Positions 23,588 through 36,059 are shown, numbered from the whole stretch's first letter. The stretch is 62,999 bases of DNA, filler included, from Sphacelaria rigidula (GCA_964200075.2; 7 parts of 7 records of this genome joined end to end with filler, not necessarily neighbours in it), one strand, 5' to 3'. A program made the numbers and translations. Notes: generated by a model not told the origin, from the sequence alone.

Positions 23588-25250
23588 CAAGGGTTAGTCG
23601 AGTAGAGTATTCTCAATACTCAGTATTTTTGAAGAGTCATACTTTTAGTACTCAAAGTTTGAGCAGAGTATTTGAGGTCGTAATTGATTTACTCAAAATT
23701 TGAGTAGAGTATTGAAGGCGGTACTTGACGTATTCGAAAATTGAGTAAAGTATTTGAGGCCGTACTCGACCTACTCATGATTTCAGTAGAGTATTGAGGT
23801 CATACTCAAGTAATACTCCATACTCGAGTATTACTGGGAGTGCTTACTCGATATTTGAGTAGAGTACTGGAGGTTGTACCCGACCTTCTCAAAATTTGAG
23901 TATTCAAGGCCATACTCGACCTACTCGAATTTTGAGTAGAGTATTGGAGGCCGTACTCGACGTACTCAAAATTTGAGTAGAGTATCTGAGGCCGGACCCG
24001 ATGTACCGAAAACCTATTACTTCAACTTCAATATCCAAGTTCGTTCGCTTTAATGAGTTTTAGTCTAGGTCCATTTCGTTTTTTTGCTTTCTTTTGATTT
24101 CCTCATACCTTATTATACGTAGTCAGCCTGTGACCACGGAAGTCATCCGCATCAGATGCCCAGTACGAATGTAACTCGTAGATATCGGAATTGTTTTTAA
24201 TGTGAAGACAACAACAACAACGCAAGATACTCAAACTCGAGTAGAGAAAATACCGAGGTATTCGTAGAGTTGCCCACCCATGGTGAGTGTTGGTTCAAGG
24301 TCAAACTTCAGCAAACATTGGGATCAAAACCAAATGGTGCAAAACTAGGGCAGCATGAATGTCGGGGTATTGTCTAAGGGCGTTCAGATTGTCACACACC
24401 CAGTGACAATTCCGGACGCTCGGGTATGGACTATATACAATACTTCGACTGCCTATCCTTCGATACGATTTTTATGATTTGCAGTACCCCCGCTGGTGAG
24501 ATGGGGCGCTGGGGCAGGTAGGTTCATTCAGCCGCGCGCCTTTTTTATCTTGTTTTTGGCCATCATTCGCTCATACTCCTTGCTGGCTGTGATGTAACGC
24601 CGCCAATCTAATTGATGGCCATCGTTCGCCCATGTATTCAACATAGTCTGTGAAGTGACGTCACGAAGTCGCCGACTGTCAGGGATACTCACCCTACTCA
24701 AGGGGTTCTCTATTCTCAACGATTACTGAGAGTGCTTACTCAATCTTTGAGTAGAGTATTTGACACCATACTCAACCTACTCAATATTAGCGTAGAGTAT
24801 TTGAGACCATACTCAACCTACTCGAAATTTAAGTAGAGAATTTGAGGCCGTACTCGAGCTATTCAAAATTTGAGTAGAGTACTGAGGTTATACTCAAGTG
24901 ATACTCTATACTCGAGTATTTCTGAGAGTGCTCACTCAATATTTGAGTAGAGTATTTGAGAGCATACTTAACCTACTCAAAATTTGAGTAGAGTATTTGA
25001 GAGCATACTCAACCTACTCAAAATTTGAGTAGAGAATTTGAGGCCGTACTCGACGTACTCAAAATTTTAGTAGAGTATTTACGTCATACCCAAGGGGTAC
25101 TCTTTACTCAACGATTACTGAGAGTGCTTACTCGATATTTGAGTAGAGTATTTGAGGCCGTACTCGACCTACTCAAACGTCGAGTAGAGTAAATGCGTGA
25201 GCATTTCACTCGAGTACTCAAAAGTACATACTCTACTTGACCCACCCTTG
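23588..25250. mobile_element. Non-autonomous hAT-superfamily element (1663 bp)
   Basis: TIRs CAAGGGTTAGTCGAGTAGAGTAT and ATACTCTACTTGACCCACCCTTG. Perfect 8-bp TSD AACTTTTT at 23580-23587 and 25251-25258. ~41-bp GAGTAGAGTA...TACTC subterminal arrays at both ends. Confidence 0.92.
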
Positions 25251-26249
25251 AACTTTTTGAAGACTGTCCGGGGACCCGTCACCAGTTCTCCTTCCCATCC
25301 CCGGTATTGACAGTCATGTCTTTGAAAATAAAGCACGTGTTGGTACGCGTGGTATGAACAAGCAGACTGGGATTCCTCTTTTCAGTGTATGTATAAATAT
25401 TTGTATATATATATATCCTCCGGTATTTCTCTTGGAGGAGGAAACCTGACCTAATATGTACCCCGCAAGCGAGTTCGTGTACCGATTACTGGAGGCTCGG
25501 CTAGACTGCCTCACGACAGTCATGTGGGGTTGGCGCCTTGAGCGTTCGCAAGCTTTGCCCAGGCAGTCATGTGGGGGGTCCGACCCACTACCACCCCCTG
25601 TCAAATTGGCGCGGTGCACGCGCCGCCCTGCTATTATGCACTTCGGCCTTGGTGTACTTTTGATCGTTATCCAACTTACTGAATAGAGGAAATAAGAACA
25701 GGAACTCCCGTAACGATTGAGTGTACCATGCGTGGTAAAGTATGTGCCATGATCGAGTTTAGAGCTCCAACATTGAGACGGAATAACGTTTGATTTTACA
25801 TGATGATCCGGAACGATTTCCACCACATTGCAAGTGTCCAGGGAAAGGTACAATCCGGGATTGGGGAATAACTTGACACTTGGAACAGATTTCTGAACCC
25901 TCCTAGTGCCCTCTGAACCCTCCTAATGCCCTCAGGAGTCTTGTTGATCTTTCTCGCACGTAAAACGACTCCACACCGTGGACAACCAATTGTATTGTCA
26001 AGAAGATACTGCCTGCGTACAGTATGGCCTATCGCATCTATTGCACGGTTCAGACGAATCAGAGTTCATACGGGTTGACTCTCCATGAATGTTGAATGCG
26101 AACCATGTGCCAAAGAGTCATTCCATACGGATCACGGATGGTAAAGTTGCAGGCTCCAGGTCATACCGCACGAATCACGAATTGGAAATATGCACACTCC
26201 AAGTAGTGTCGGACGAATCAAGAGCGCAAAGTATGTACGAATCGCACTT

Positions 26250-26560
26250 CCTGTCTGAATCATGGGTGGGAAACCTGTACACTTGATTCATCTCGCATGA
26301 ATCGAAGGTTAGGAACATGTACGTATGATTTATACTGCATCAATATGAATCGGGAAACATGTACACTTGATTCACCTCGTATGAGTGGAACGTGAGGAAC
26401 ATGTGCGTATAATTCATGCTGCATGGATGAAAGAGGAGATACACGTGCGCTTGATTCACCTCGTATTGATGGAAGGTAGGAAACATGAATCTATGATTTA
26501 TGCTCACGAACGCGAAGTGGGAAACGTGTACATGAATCACGTGCTTCATACCATATGAAT
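26250..26560. repeat. Degenerate tandem repeat (GGAAACATGTACACTTGATTCA-type units)
   Basis: About 8 diverged 35-45 bp units; probably TE subterminal sequence. Confidence 0.6.
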
Positions 26561-26945
26561 CAGAGGGGGGAAATACTGCATTTACCTATGATTCATATGC
26601 CATATCAATGGAAGGTTTCGTACTACTGTTGTCTGTTGTCCGCTGTACAGAGTGTACAGTACTCTGCTGTGCTGTACTGTACTTCCGGTGACTGCACGTA
26701 AATCGGAACGATAAAGTCGAGCTCAACGAGCAGCTGGGAATTCCCACGCTTGAGATCGGTTTTGCCGATATCGCCCATGTAGAGCGCTTCATGCAGCCCG
26801 AAACCAAACATCATGCGCGGTATGGCTGTTTTCTTCGTGACAGTTTTGGGCTGGTTCGGGGGGCGGGGGGGGGGGGGGGGGGGGCACGCTTGGTTTTTGC
26901 ATTGCCTAACACGTGTAACGATGGACCCAGCATCCCCATCTGTGC

Positions 26946-27045
26946 NNNNNNNNNNNNNNNNNNNNNNNNNNNNNNNNNNNNNNNNNNNNTTAATTAATTA
27001 ANNNNNNNNNNNNNNNNNNNNNNNNNNNNNNNNNNNNNNNNNNNN
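26946..27045. other. Artificial contig spacer
   Basis: N44-TTAATTAATTAA-N44. Confidence 0.99.
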
Positions 27046-29039
27046 CAATCGACCAGCGGCGGTGCCGTGCATTAGCAGGTTGGTCTGCAGTTCACAGCGA
27101 TATGCTGAAGTCGAGCTGATTTGGTCAACTTGACGAGTAATGGTTGGAGATGCAAATGCGGGACGTACTGCTGGCCCACCCTGTATGTGTCTGTTTTTTT
27201 GTTCTTGGACAGGGGGAAGATAAGATTACACTGTTTCGGGACCGAGCAAAATACTGGTGAGGCTGTGTCTCATGGAGACAAAGGAAACAAGCACGGAGAG
27301 GAACGAGCGTTTAAAGTAGCAAGTTGTGTTGACTGTCGTCGGGCGGGTGTATGCTTGCGGCAATCAATCAACATGCGAATTTGAAGTCCTTGTTCCTCTT
27401 CGTGCTTGTTGTTTCATGTCTCGGTACGAGCTGGGCCAGCCTAGAAGCGAATTTATAGTTTGCAGGCCCATATGTCGGCCAATATTTTGAATCGGACCCC
27501 AACATTTGGTATGGGCAATGAAAAGGGCATAACAGGAAGATACCACTGCACACGAGTTTTCATTTCTCTGATACCTGAAAACTGATCATCGCCCTCAACT
27601 ACTGTAATGAAAAAGAAAAATTGTATGCAGTGGTGAGTTGTTTTATTATTCCCCATTGATTGTCCATACCAATTTTCAGGGTCAACTTCTCTATGTTGGT
27701 CGACAAATCCGTGTAGTGACAGGGTCGGTATAAATTCGGAACAATATTTTGCGGGCCACTCACCGGCCCATGTGTGGTGTGTATTGAAATGTTGTGTGGA
27801 ACCCCGCTAGGGCATGGTAAACCAACAAATGTGGGTCGCGTCGGGTATTTCTGTGTTTTTTTCGTTGGTTAGGACGGTTTCAGTGTGGTGACGACCATTT
27901 CTTCACGAGAACGCCCGAACCTCTCCAAGAAATGTATATAAAGCCCCCTTTTTTTTTCATTTTGGCATACCTCTGTGGTTCTCCATCCTGAATTTCAAAT
28001 CACAACTCTAAAAATTCAGCTGAAGAACTGAGACGAGGCCGATGAGCAGTTTTCATTTCTCCTCAAAACTGCCCTAAGAACCCGAAAAAAAGAAAGAAAA
28101 GAAGAAACTGTTGGTTTAGCTCTATGATGTTCTAGCGGTTCCCCATACAAAATTTCATTCAAAACAAAAGTTTTATTCCAAAACTCTCAAAAACTGAGAC
28201 GCGATACACTTATCCAGATTTAGTACATCTAGTGCGTCCGCTCGTAATATCTCGATTTCAGGATGAAAATTGATGTGCGCCACATATCGAGACAGATGAC
28301 GAAATAGGTGAAGGTGAGGGTATCTACCGTCTCCCCGTGCTCCAGGGAATGTTCACATCAAAAATCGCCATGCGCTGGATGCATCGATCGGGGTTTCATA
28401 TAGATTTTAGTATGGACGCTATCTCCGTACGTTATAGGAATCACTAGACATTGAGTTTAATCAAGGAAAAAATATTTGTCCGAGACTTTTGAGCGGATGG
28501 GCACCTTCCCCTTGATTAGACGATTAGTACGATACGCGGATCAAGGCCCAACTCGTCTGTGTCGATGAAAAATTGCTTTTTGAGCTAAATCCGTTTCTAG
28601 GCTGGCCCAGCTCATAAGAGACCGCCTAACCGGGGGTGAGGGCCTATTGTGAATCGGCATCATTCTCGCTTTAACCCTTTCGGGACCGGACGTACAGAAA
28701 CATGGCGTCTGCACGGAGGGACCTTTCTGTAAATCGGCATCATCTGCAGTCGTTTTCAAATAAAAATCATCCTGACTCATGAAAAGGCTCCGGTATACAA
28801 ACACCATGTTTCTGGGAGTCTCGTCCCTACAGGGTTGAGACGAGTGAAAATGATGTCGATTCAAAAATGGACCCTGCATGCAAACCAGGTCCGCACCGCT
28901 GGTTAGTGGGGCTCCAGACCCTTAGACGGCGGGAGTAGGTCATTTGTTCAGTCTTCTATTTTTTCATTTGAATTTGAACAAGTATGCATGATCCAGATGG
29001 ACTACCCTCGCGGTCGACTTTTTTTTTTTCCCGTCACGG

Positions 29040-29400
29040 AAGGAGGAAACCTAACCCTCATCTCGCAAGCGAGCTCGTGTGCCGATTACCCAAAGGCTCG
29101 GCAAGACTGCCTCGCGGCAGTCATGTGGGGAAGGCGCCTCGTGCGTTCGCAAGCTTTGATCGGTCGGACAAACCAATGATTCATCTGGAAATTACTTGGT
29201 TTTAGTAAATTGATTCGAATCGTTCGAATCAATCCCTTGGCTATGTTTTCAGCGTTGCAGCCCAGGTACACGTAGCCCAGACACGTGGAATAGCGCAAAC
29301 GTTGCGTGGATACCCCTTGGACCAGCGGTCAACGTTTTTCTGCCTTTTGGGTAATCAGGCCGAAGAAATCGCGGATATGGTGCTTCAAACCGATTCGTCT
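29040..29400. repeat. Dispersed repeat family (other copies 25437-25560, 36115-36320, 45074-45200, 60200-60415)
   Basis: Shared blocks CGCAAGCGAG-TCGTGT-CCGATTAC and TTCAGCGTTGCAGCCCAGGTACACGTAGCCCAGACACGTGGAAT, found in five different contigs. Confidence 0.8.
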
Positions 29401-29984
29401 TAACCGTGCAAGCTTTGCTGAAGGCAGTGTGGGGGATGCTTCCGCCACAACTCCCCATCAACTGGGCTCGCGGTCGACATGTGACCCTGTTGGGACCTGA
29501 CTCCCAGAAACATCGATTTTGCGCGCAGGGGCCTTCTTGTGAATCGGCATCATTTTTACGACTGAAGTGATGCCAATTCACGAAAAGACCCCTGCGTGCA
29601 AACCCCATGCTTCTGGGAGTCCGGTCCCCACAGGTTCAAGCCTAGACGGCGGTACGGGTAGTCCATGTGGATCATGCAAACTTTTTTGAAGTGGAAATTG
29701 ATGCCGATTCAGCAGGTGACCTACCCTCGCGGTCAAAGGGTTGAAACGACTGAAAATGGTGTCGGATCACATTGAATCCTGCGTGTAAACATGGTCCTCA
29801 CCTCTGGTTGGTTAGAAGCTGGCCCCCCAAAAGTTGAGCGATTCCTGACTGTACCAGTACACCTTGCTGATTCGTCATACACAATGGTTGGTACGTGACG
29901 TGATTTTACTAGATTTCAGACCTGTAGGAGACTACACTCTCTTGGGCGTTGGGCTTCGGCCTTTTTCGGAGGGGTGTAATTTAA

Positions 29985-30189
29985 CCCTTAGACCGCGAGG
30001 GTAGGTCACCGGCTGGATCGGCATCAATTTTCACTTGAAAAAAGTCTGCCTAATCCAGATGAAGTACCCGCACCGCCGTCGAAGGGTTAACCCTTAGACG
30101 GCGAGAGTAGGTAATCTGTTGACATGGCATCAAATTCGCTTGAAAAAAGTATGTGCATGCTCCCATAGACTACCCTCCCGGTCTAAGGA
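29985..30189. mobile_element. Two tandem ~100-bp piggyBac-like MITEs
   Basis: TTAA|CCCTTAGAC...GTCGAAGGG|TTAA|CCCTTAGAC...GTCTAAGGA|TTAA. TTAA sites with CCC/GGG termini are piggyBac hallmarks. Relatives at ~28918, ~29640, ~33180-33374, ~54315 and ~61680. Confidence 0.8.
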
Positions 30190-30754
30190 TTAACCAAAAA
30201 TTGCCATGGGTGTGAATGCTCGGCGTATCTCCCGCTAAGCCGGCGGTTCGGTCACCTCTTCACAAAAAAGGGTCAACAAGTGAACAAAATGGGGTGAGAT
30301 GAAATTATTTAGCAGAGGGCAGGGTGTGCACTCCTGGTTTGTTTACAAAAAAAGGGTACCGTCATAGTCTCTCATTTTCGGCGCCGTAGTTCAGCCCAGT
30401 AACACTTGTGAAAAGGAAGAATGGTGGGGCATGCTGCCCATGCACCTTGGGCGTGGGGCTGAGGCGCTGTAACGTGTTTTTGAGGTGTTCAGCCCGCGTG
30501 CAGTGCGGCGCTCCAAAGCGAAAATCCGTTACCCTTTTTTGTTCCAAGAACGCCAGGGTGTACCCTATTTTGTCTATTGTCCTTCAACATATATTTTGCG
30601 TACCGGCCGTGTATGTATTGAAGTGTCGATATATATCGAGTCGAAGCGATGGGTAACACACTGCTACCACAATATGTATTGAAACCAAACCATGTATAAG
30701 TACTATTTTTCCAAAGTATATATTGCGCACGCTCATCGCATAGCCGTTGTGCAG

Positions 30755-30789
<35 letters not shown>

Positions 30790-31157
30790 AGCGTTTGCGG
30801 CATCTGGTGATTTATCTTTCAATGGCGCCCGCGAACATAAAACTGCTCACCATGCTAGTTTCAATACACGTTTCGACTCACATTTTGCATCAATATTTAT
30901 ATATATATATATACTCGTGGTGAGCCACCGCTGACGCGCGTGGCAGCAGTGCTGCAGGCATCAACGGCACAGGTCTCGCACGTGATCAAAATATTACCTT
31001 GGCATTCACCGTAATTTTATCACTAGAAGCAGATGAGAACTCCCAACCCCACGGCTAACCGTAACCACTACGAAAGAAGGCCTGACCATGTTGGTGCCAA
31101 CACGACAGCGCTACACTCATGGAGAACCCATCTATCCCGAAAAAGTAAGGACCAAAC

Positions 31158-31571
31158 CATACGTCGGACGGGCACGAGTGTGACTCGTGGCACTCGCACT
31201 CGGTGGGGTAGTAAAATTTCATAGGGCGAGCACTCGAGTCACTGCTCGTTGTGAAAAAAAATTATTAGGGCGAGCACTCGAGTCACTGCTCGTTGTGGAA
31301 AAAACTAATAGGGCGAGCACTCGAGTCACTGCTTGTTGCGGAAAAAACTAATAAGGCGAGCACTCGAGTCATCGCTCCTGGTTAAAAAAAACTAATAGGG
31401 CGAGCACTCGAGTTATTGCTCGTTGTAGAAAAAATTAATAGGGCGAGCACTCGAGTCGTTGCTTGTTTAAAAAATAATAATGACTGGAGCACACGAGTCA
31501 TACTCGTTGTGTTTTCAAAAAACATCCACGAGTGCACTCGTTTCGACGAGTAATGACTCGTCCGACGTGTC
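31158..31571. mobile_element. hAT-type MITE with an internal ~43-bp tandem array
   Basis: TIRs CATACGTCGGACG and CGTCCGACGTGTC. 8-bp TSD GACCAAAC at 31150-31157 and 31572-31579. Six units of ATAGGGCGAGCACTCGAGTCACTGCTCGTTG. Confidence 0.88.
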
Positions 31572-32684
31572 GACCAAACCAAGTAGAACGGCGCACCGTA
31601 TCTCATGTAGCTTCCACTGAAGGTACAGTAATACTTCCTCAAGGCGTTCCCTGGACCACTCATGTTGGGGAGACAGCTCATTGGATTTTTCCTTCTCCGC
31701 ACGTTTGATACGACACAGTGATGAAAGATGAAAAGTTCTTTTTTGGACACTGATTGCCCCCAAAACGACCAGTATTTAGTCTGATCGAGAGGCATTTTTT
31801 GCCCAGATTAGGGTTGCACACCACCCAAGACGGGTTGATGAGTTGTATTTACGAAAAATAAATGAGGTGTTTTCGTCGTGTAACGCCATATTTTTGCCTG
31901 CGGCGTGCGGGAGCACATAATGGACCTACTCAAGTCGACAACACATGGCTACAGCAGATCCACACTGTATTGTCCACACATGGCAGTAACAGCACACAAC
32001 AGACCGCACGCCACACAGCACAGCAGTGAAAAAGTACGATTAGGGTTACACGCAACTCTACACCATGAGTGGCGCGGTCACTCGTGGTGTAGGCGCCACC
32101 GTCAATTCCGCATCGGAGTGTTCCCCCTCGCTTGATGAGTCAAGGTGGAAATACAACCGATCCTACCCTCTCGGTGGCACTATTTTTTCAATGCCAAGGG
32201 ATATAGGGTGTCTTGAAATACTACTTGGAGGGCACCGGTTCCGTGCCGAGTGCATCGTGTACCCACCAGCAGCCCGAGCGATTTTTGCAAGGCCGGGGAT
32301 ATCGTGGCTACTGTGGCTACCAGGTGTCGCTGCAGAGCACTCGAGAGTTCATACGTGGTGTGTGAGCGTGGCCGGCATCAGAGGTCATCGTGACAGAGCG
32401 GGCAAGGAGTAGAAGTAAATGCACAAACGTCGCAAAGCCGATCAGACTTGTCGTTTTTTGTCCGTGTTTCTAGATCAATTTTATGAACCCACGTGCAGAT
32501 CTGGGGTTCGATCTACACAAAAACTGCTTCTCGATAGGATTTAAAACTGGTCGTTTTGGGAGCAATCCCCTTTCAAAAGGCGGTGTTGGAAAAGAGAAAA
32601 AATAATTTCGATAGAAAGGCCGACTAGGTGATGTCCAAAGTGTGAGATACCCATGAGGCAGTGTATAAGCCGTGTTTGTATGTG

Positions 32685-32780
32685 TGTGTTTATTATGACG
32701 CCCTGTCTATCTATTTCTGTATTTTTTTTGCTGTTGATCCTAAAATCCCCACAAAATCATCCGCGAACATCAATCCCTTC
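32685..32780 (-). mobile_element. Degraded LINE reverse-transcriptase fragment
   Basis: Translates to KGLMFADDFVGILGSTAKKIQK*IDRA. FADD is the non-LTR RT catalytic motif; in-frame stops follow. Confidence 0.65.
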
Positions 32781-32806
32781 GTAGGGCGGGGGATTATCAA
32801 ACCTTC

Positions 32807-33156
32807 TGTCGTCGTCCCATCTATTCTGGACGCCCGTCTATACCTTTCGGTATATGTGGGCGCACCAGCCGGGGTCACACAGGAGGAAGGCCAACACAAG
32901 ATTTTTTTCTTCCTTGTTTTGTTTCAGTTCTCCACCTTACTTCTGCGGCGCTTGCCTTTTTTTATATCGCGAGAGGGGTGTAACGGTCCCTTTCCCTCGT
33001 CGACCATGAGGTCGAATTTTGTCTACCGACGACATTTTCGCTCTCCACCGTTGAGCATTGTGGGAGAAAAAAATCCCACACCTCTCCAAGAGTCGAACCC
33101 GCGACTCAACTGTGAGAAGGTTTCGAGGTTACCAACTGAGCCACCGGGGCGACCGG
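32807..33156 (-). mobile_element. tRNA-headed SINE, near full length
   Basis: The minus strand starts CCGGTCGCCCCGGTGGCTCAGTTGGT (box A) and contains GGTTCGACTC (box B). The body matches 36947-37308. Confidence 0.85.
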
Positions 33157-33179
33157 CAGTGTCAGTGTTGGTATATACC

Positions 33180-33370
33180 GCGATACGGGTAGTCCATCTG
33201 GATCACACACCTTTTTCAATTGAGTTGATGCCGATTCAGCAGGTGGCCTACCCTCGTGGTCAAAAGGTTAACCCTTACGTCGCGATACGGGTAGTCCATC
33301 TGGATCACACACTTTTTTCAAGTGAAATGACTGCCGATTCAGTAGGTAACCTACCCTTGCGGTCAAAGGA
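33180..33370. mobile_element. Tandem pair of piggyBac-like MITEs
   Basis: Two ~100-bp units GGGTAGTCCATCTGGATCACAC...CCTACCCT..CGGTCAAAGG, each followed by TTAA. Confidence 0.7.
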
Positions 33371-34554
33371 TTAACCGCTTTTCCCGTCATGATTAACCGT
33401 TTCCCTGAACGGCAGAGGTTAGGTTGGCACCTGGACACAAGAGCGTATGGTAGACAACGAATGAGTTTTTCCGATGCAGTGACGCTGAACGCTCTATCTT
33501 TTTTACGGCTGGAAGAACCGTAACTTACTGGCCATACATCGGCGTGCTTGCAGTTGAGAAGTATAAAATACTGTCCCGGCCGTTTTTTGTGACATGCCGT
33601 GATGGAAGGTTGGGAAGTGTGAGTTGCTGTTCCGAAATAATCTTTTGATGGTTTGGATAAAGTATGGGCCCAAAGCAGACACGACTTACTTGATTCATGT
33701 ATGAAGTGGCTATGGTGATTTGATTCGATGATACATTTGAATATAAAACAACACATTTGATTTGATGATGATGATGATGATGATGATTGGTCGATTGATT
33801 GATTCATGTACGGAGTGCCGATTCATGAAGGCTATAATACATTTGATAAAATACGTTGTATATACGAGTAGTGCTACAGCGGTGTGTATTGTGATCGTCG
33901 GTTCCATCGTGTATCGTCCGCCCAAGACATACTGGACGCATTGACGCACGACATATTGCGACGGCAACACACATTGGCGCTTATATATTGACCTCGTGTG
34001 GCAGCCAATATAATACTCGACAAATATATATTGGCGCCTTGCCGCACCAACATATAACTCGGCCAATATATACTGAGGTGGCGCGTGCCGTGAATCTACT
34101 GTCCGGTCGATAATCATTGCAGGCCGCGAGCCTTGACGTATTGATGACACAATATATATTCAACCGGTCTCTCGTGCCATCATATTGCTCGCCCTATACA
34201 TATCGACCACCCGACGCGTCGACAAATATATATATATATATATATACATATATAATATAATATTGTTGTCCAGGGTGTGAACTTTTGTCGTGCGGGTACT
34301 GTCGCTCAAAATTCACCTTTCATCTCATCATCCTCTGTACCCCTGGAGAGTCCGCAAATCTGTATTAATATCTCGCGGTTGTCCATCAAGTGCATATGAT
34401 TCCGATTTCACGGAGGGACACCCTGGACGTTTTAGTGGTTGAAGCAACAAGATGGATATGTCATTCTCGGTCAACTAGCAATCGAAAGTTGGTTGGAGCC
34501 TTTGTATGCCCCACATCACCCCGTCGTCCCGCCAACTGCTCGCTTCTGTGACAG

Positions 34555-34752
34555 GTCCGTGACCAATTCCAGGCCACACCCTTGATACTGTGTGCGGAGA
34601 GAGGGCACGTGGATATGGTGGATTCGTTGCTCGCCGCGGGTGCCGACCCGGGCAGCGTTGACGAGAACGGCAACAGTGCGTTGCACTTGGCGTGTTTCTA
34701 CGGGAACAGCGAGGTGGTGCAGTTGCTGCTCATGATGGATTGCGATGTCGGG
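34555..34752 (+). CDS. Ankyrin-repeat protein, internal exon (two repeats)
   Basis: ACAG acceptor, GTGAGT donor, 198 nt, phase 0-0. Encodes TPLILCAERGHVDMVDSLLAAGAD and GNSALHLACFYGNSEVVQLLL, both ankyrin consensus. Confidence 0.92.
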
Positions 34753-35959
34753 GTGAGTGCTCTGGGCTTCCCTGTCTTGTAACGCATTCCATGTAATACT
34801 AAGTTGTGTCTGTCATAATCTGTCGTGTGTTTCCTACTCCATTGCGTTTCATATAGCGTTGCGTGCAGCATTCTCCTTTACGTGTGACATACTCCATTGC
34901 TTGTGGCATACTCCATTGCGTATGTCATCAGCCGGCGAGTGTATGATGTTGAGTGCGCTCACCGAAGCGATGTATTGTTGCGTTCGATTGATGTGTCATA
35001 CTCCATCAGTTGTGTGATCGATTGGGAGTGTAGAGATCATTGAGATTGTCGTGGCCAAGTGATGAGATTGTCGTGGCCTCATGCCGATTTTCCTCTCCCC
35101 ATTCTCGTATTCACGCGAAGATGTGAAAAAGATGTATATTACGATAAATTCTAGAACTTTTATTATTATCAAGTTATCGACCTGTGAAAGATACACCGTA
35201 ATCGGTATCACAAACTAATGAGCCGGCTCTGGAATCACACAGAAGTTTGTAGAGGCATTTTGTCACGCAAGGTGTGTAGCACGTACGCAGCCAAGTGTCA
35301 CTGACAGTCTGTAACGTGTACGTAGCTCTAATGTTCCGTTGGTACTTGGATATCCCTCCGTCTGTAGCCCAAGCTTCGAGGCCGGAGCCTTTTGCTAACC
35401 GTGACTTCATCCAATCCCTTCCTGGACGAGACGGTGGTTCGTGATGCGAGACCCTGACCATACCGTTTCACCCCTCTCGTGCCTGTCCGCCTATCTGCTC
35501 ATTTACCTACCGACCGACTCCTTTTTCCGTAGTACGTGTCTTTGATATAATGTATAATGTTTCATTTGAATGCTCTAGCTGACTCTTTTTCGTGCAGCCA
35601 GAGCAGGTGCCGACTGTATATTGTAGTACAGTACACCAGCGCGTAGGACACGACCGCCGCCCAGATTCAGAGTGGAGGAGGGTTGCGTTGGGCGTTGGGC
35701 ATAGTCTACGCCATAGTAGAGATCCTGCGCCCGCCCACGTGCATCGTCCGCCAAGCAAGCTCACACAATGGGGGCCGTGACGCTGTCGGGTCGGAGCCCC
35801 TGCCCGTTTCAATCAGGGCAGAGGTCGTTCATTGTGCAGTGACCCAGATTTGGATGTTATCTTCATCTCCCCCCCCCCCCCCCCCCCCCCCGCCCCCCCG
35901 CCCCCAGGTTGCACCCGCTCAACTCCCCCCCCCCCCCACCCAACATCGCACTAACCCAC

Positions 35960-36059
35960 NNNNNNNNNNNNNNNNNNNNNNNNNNNNNNNNNNNNNNNNN
36001 NNNTTAATTAATTAANNNNNNNNNNNNNNNNNNNNNNNNNNNNNNNNNNNNNNNNNNNN
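35960..36059. other. Artificial contig spacer
   Basis: N44-TTAATTAATTAA-N44. Confidence 0.99.

Larger units (their letters stand above)
23557..26825 (-). pseudogene. Unidentified multi-exon gene, probably inactivated (exons 26825-26683, 25892-25727, 25319-25251 + 23579-23557)
   Basis: All three segments have AG/GT boundaries. Exon A (IPRMMFGFGLHEALYMGDIG...VQSPE) ends in phase 0 and exon B (KSVPSVKLFPNPG...YFTTH) starts in phase 0. Exon C is split by the hAT element. Confidence 0.5.

Noticed and set aside
23640..25200. Palindromic ~41-bp arrays as a CRISPR or satellite
   Set aside because: The units are contiguous with no spacers, and are subterminal repeats of a hAT element.
31221..31510. 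Regular ~43-bp array superficially like a CRISPR
   Set aside because: No unique spacers and no cas genes. It sits inside a TIR/TSD-bounded MITE in eukaryotic DNA.
32661..33374. 237-aa ORF
   Set aside because: It runs across an antisense RT fragment, a SINE and MITEs, so it is a chance read-through.
35869..35940. Poly-C tracts (poly-Pro ORF, potential G-quadruplex)
   Set aside because: Located at a contig end, like the tracts at 26858-26884 and 53902-53986. Probably low-quality sequence at assembly breaks.
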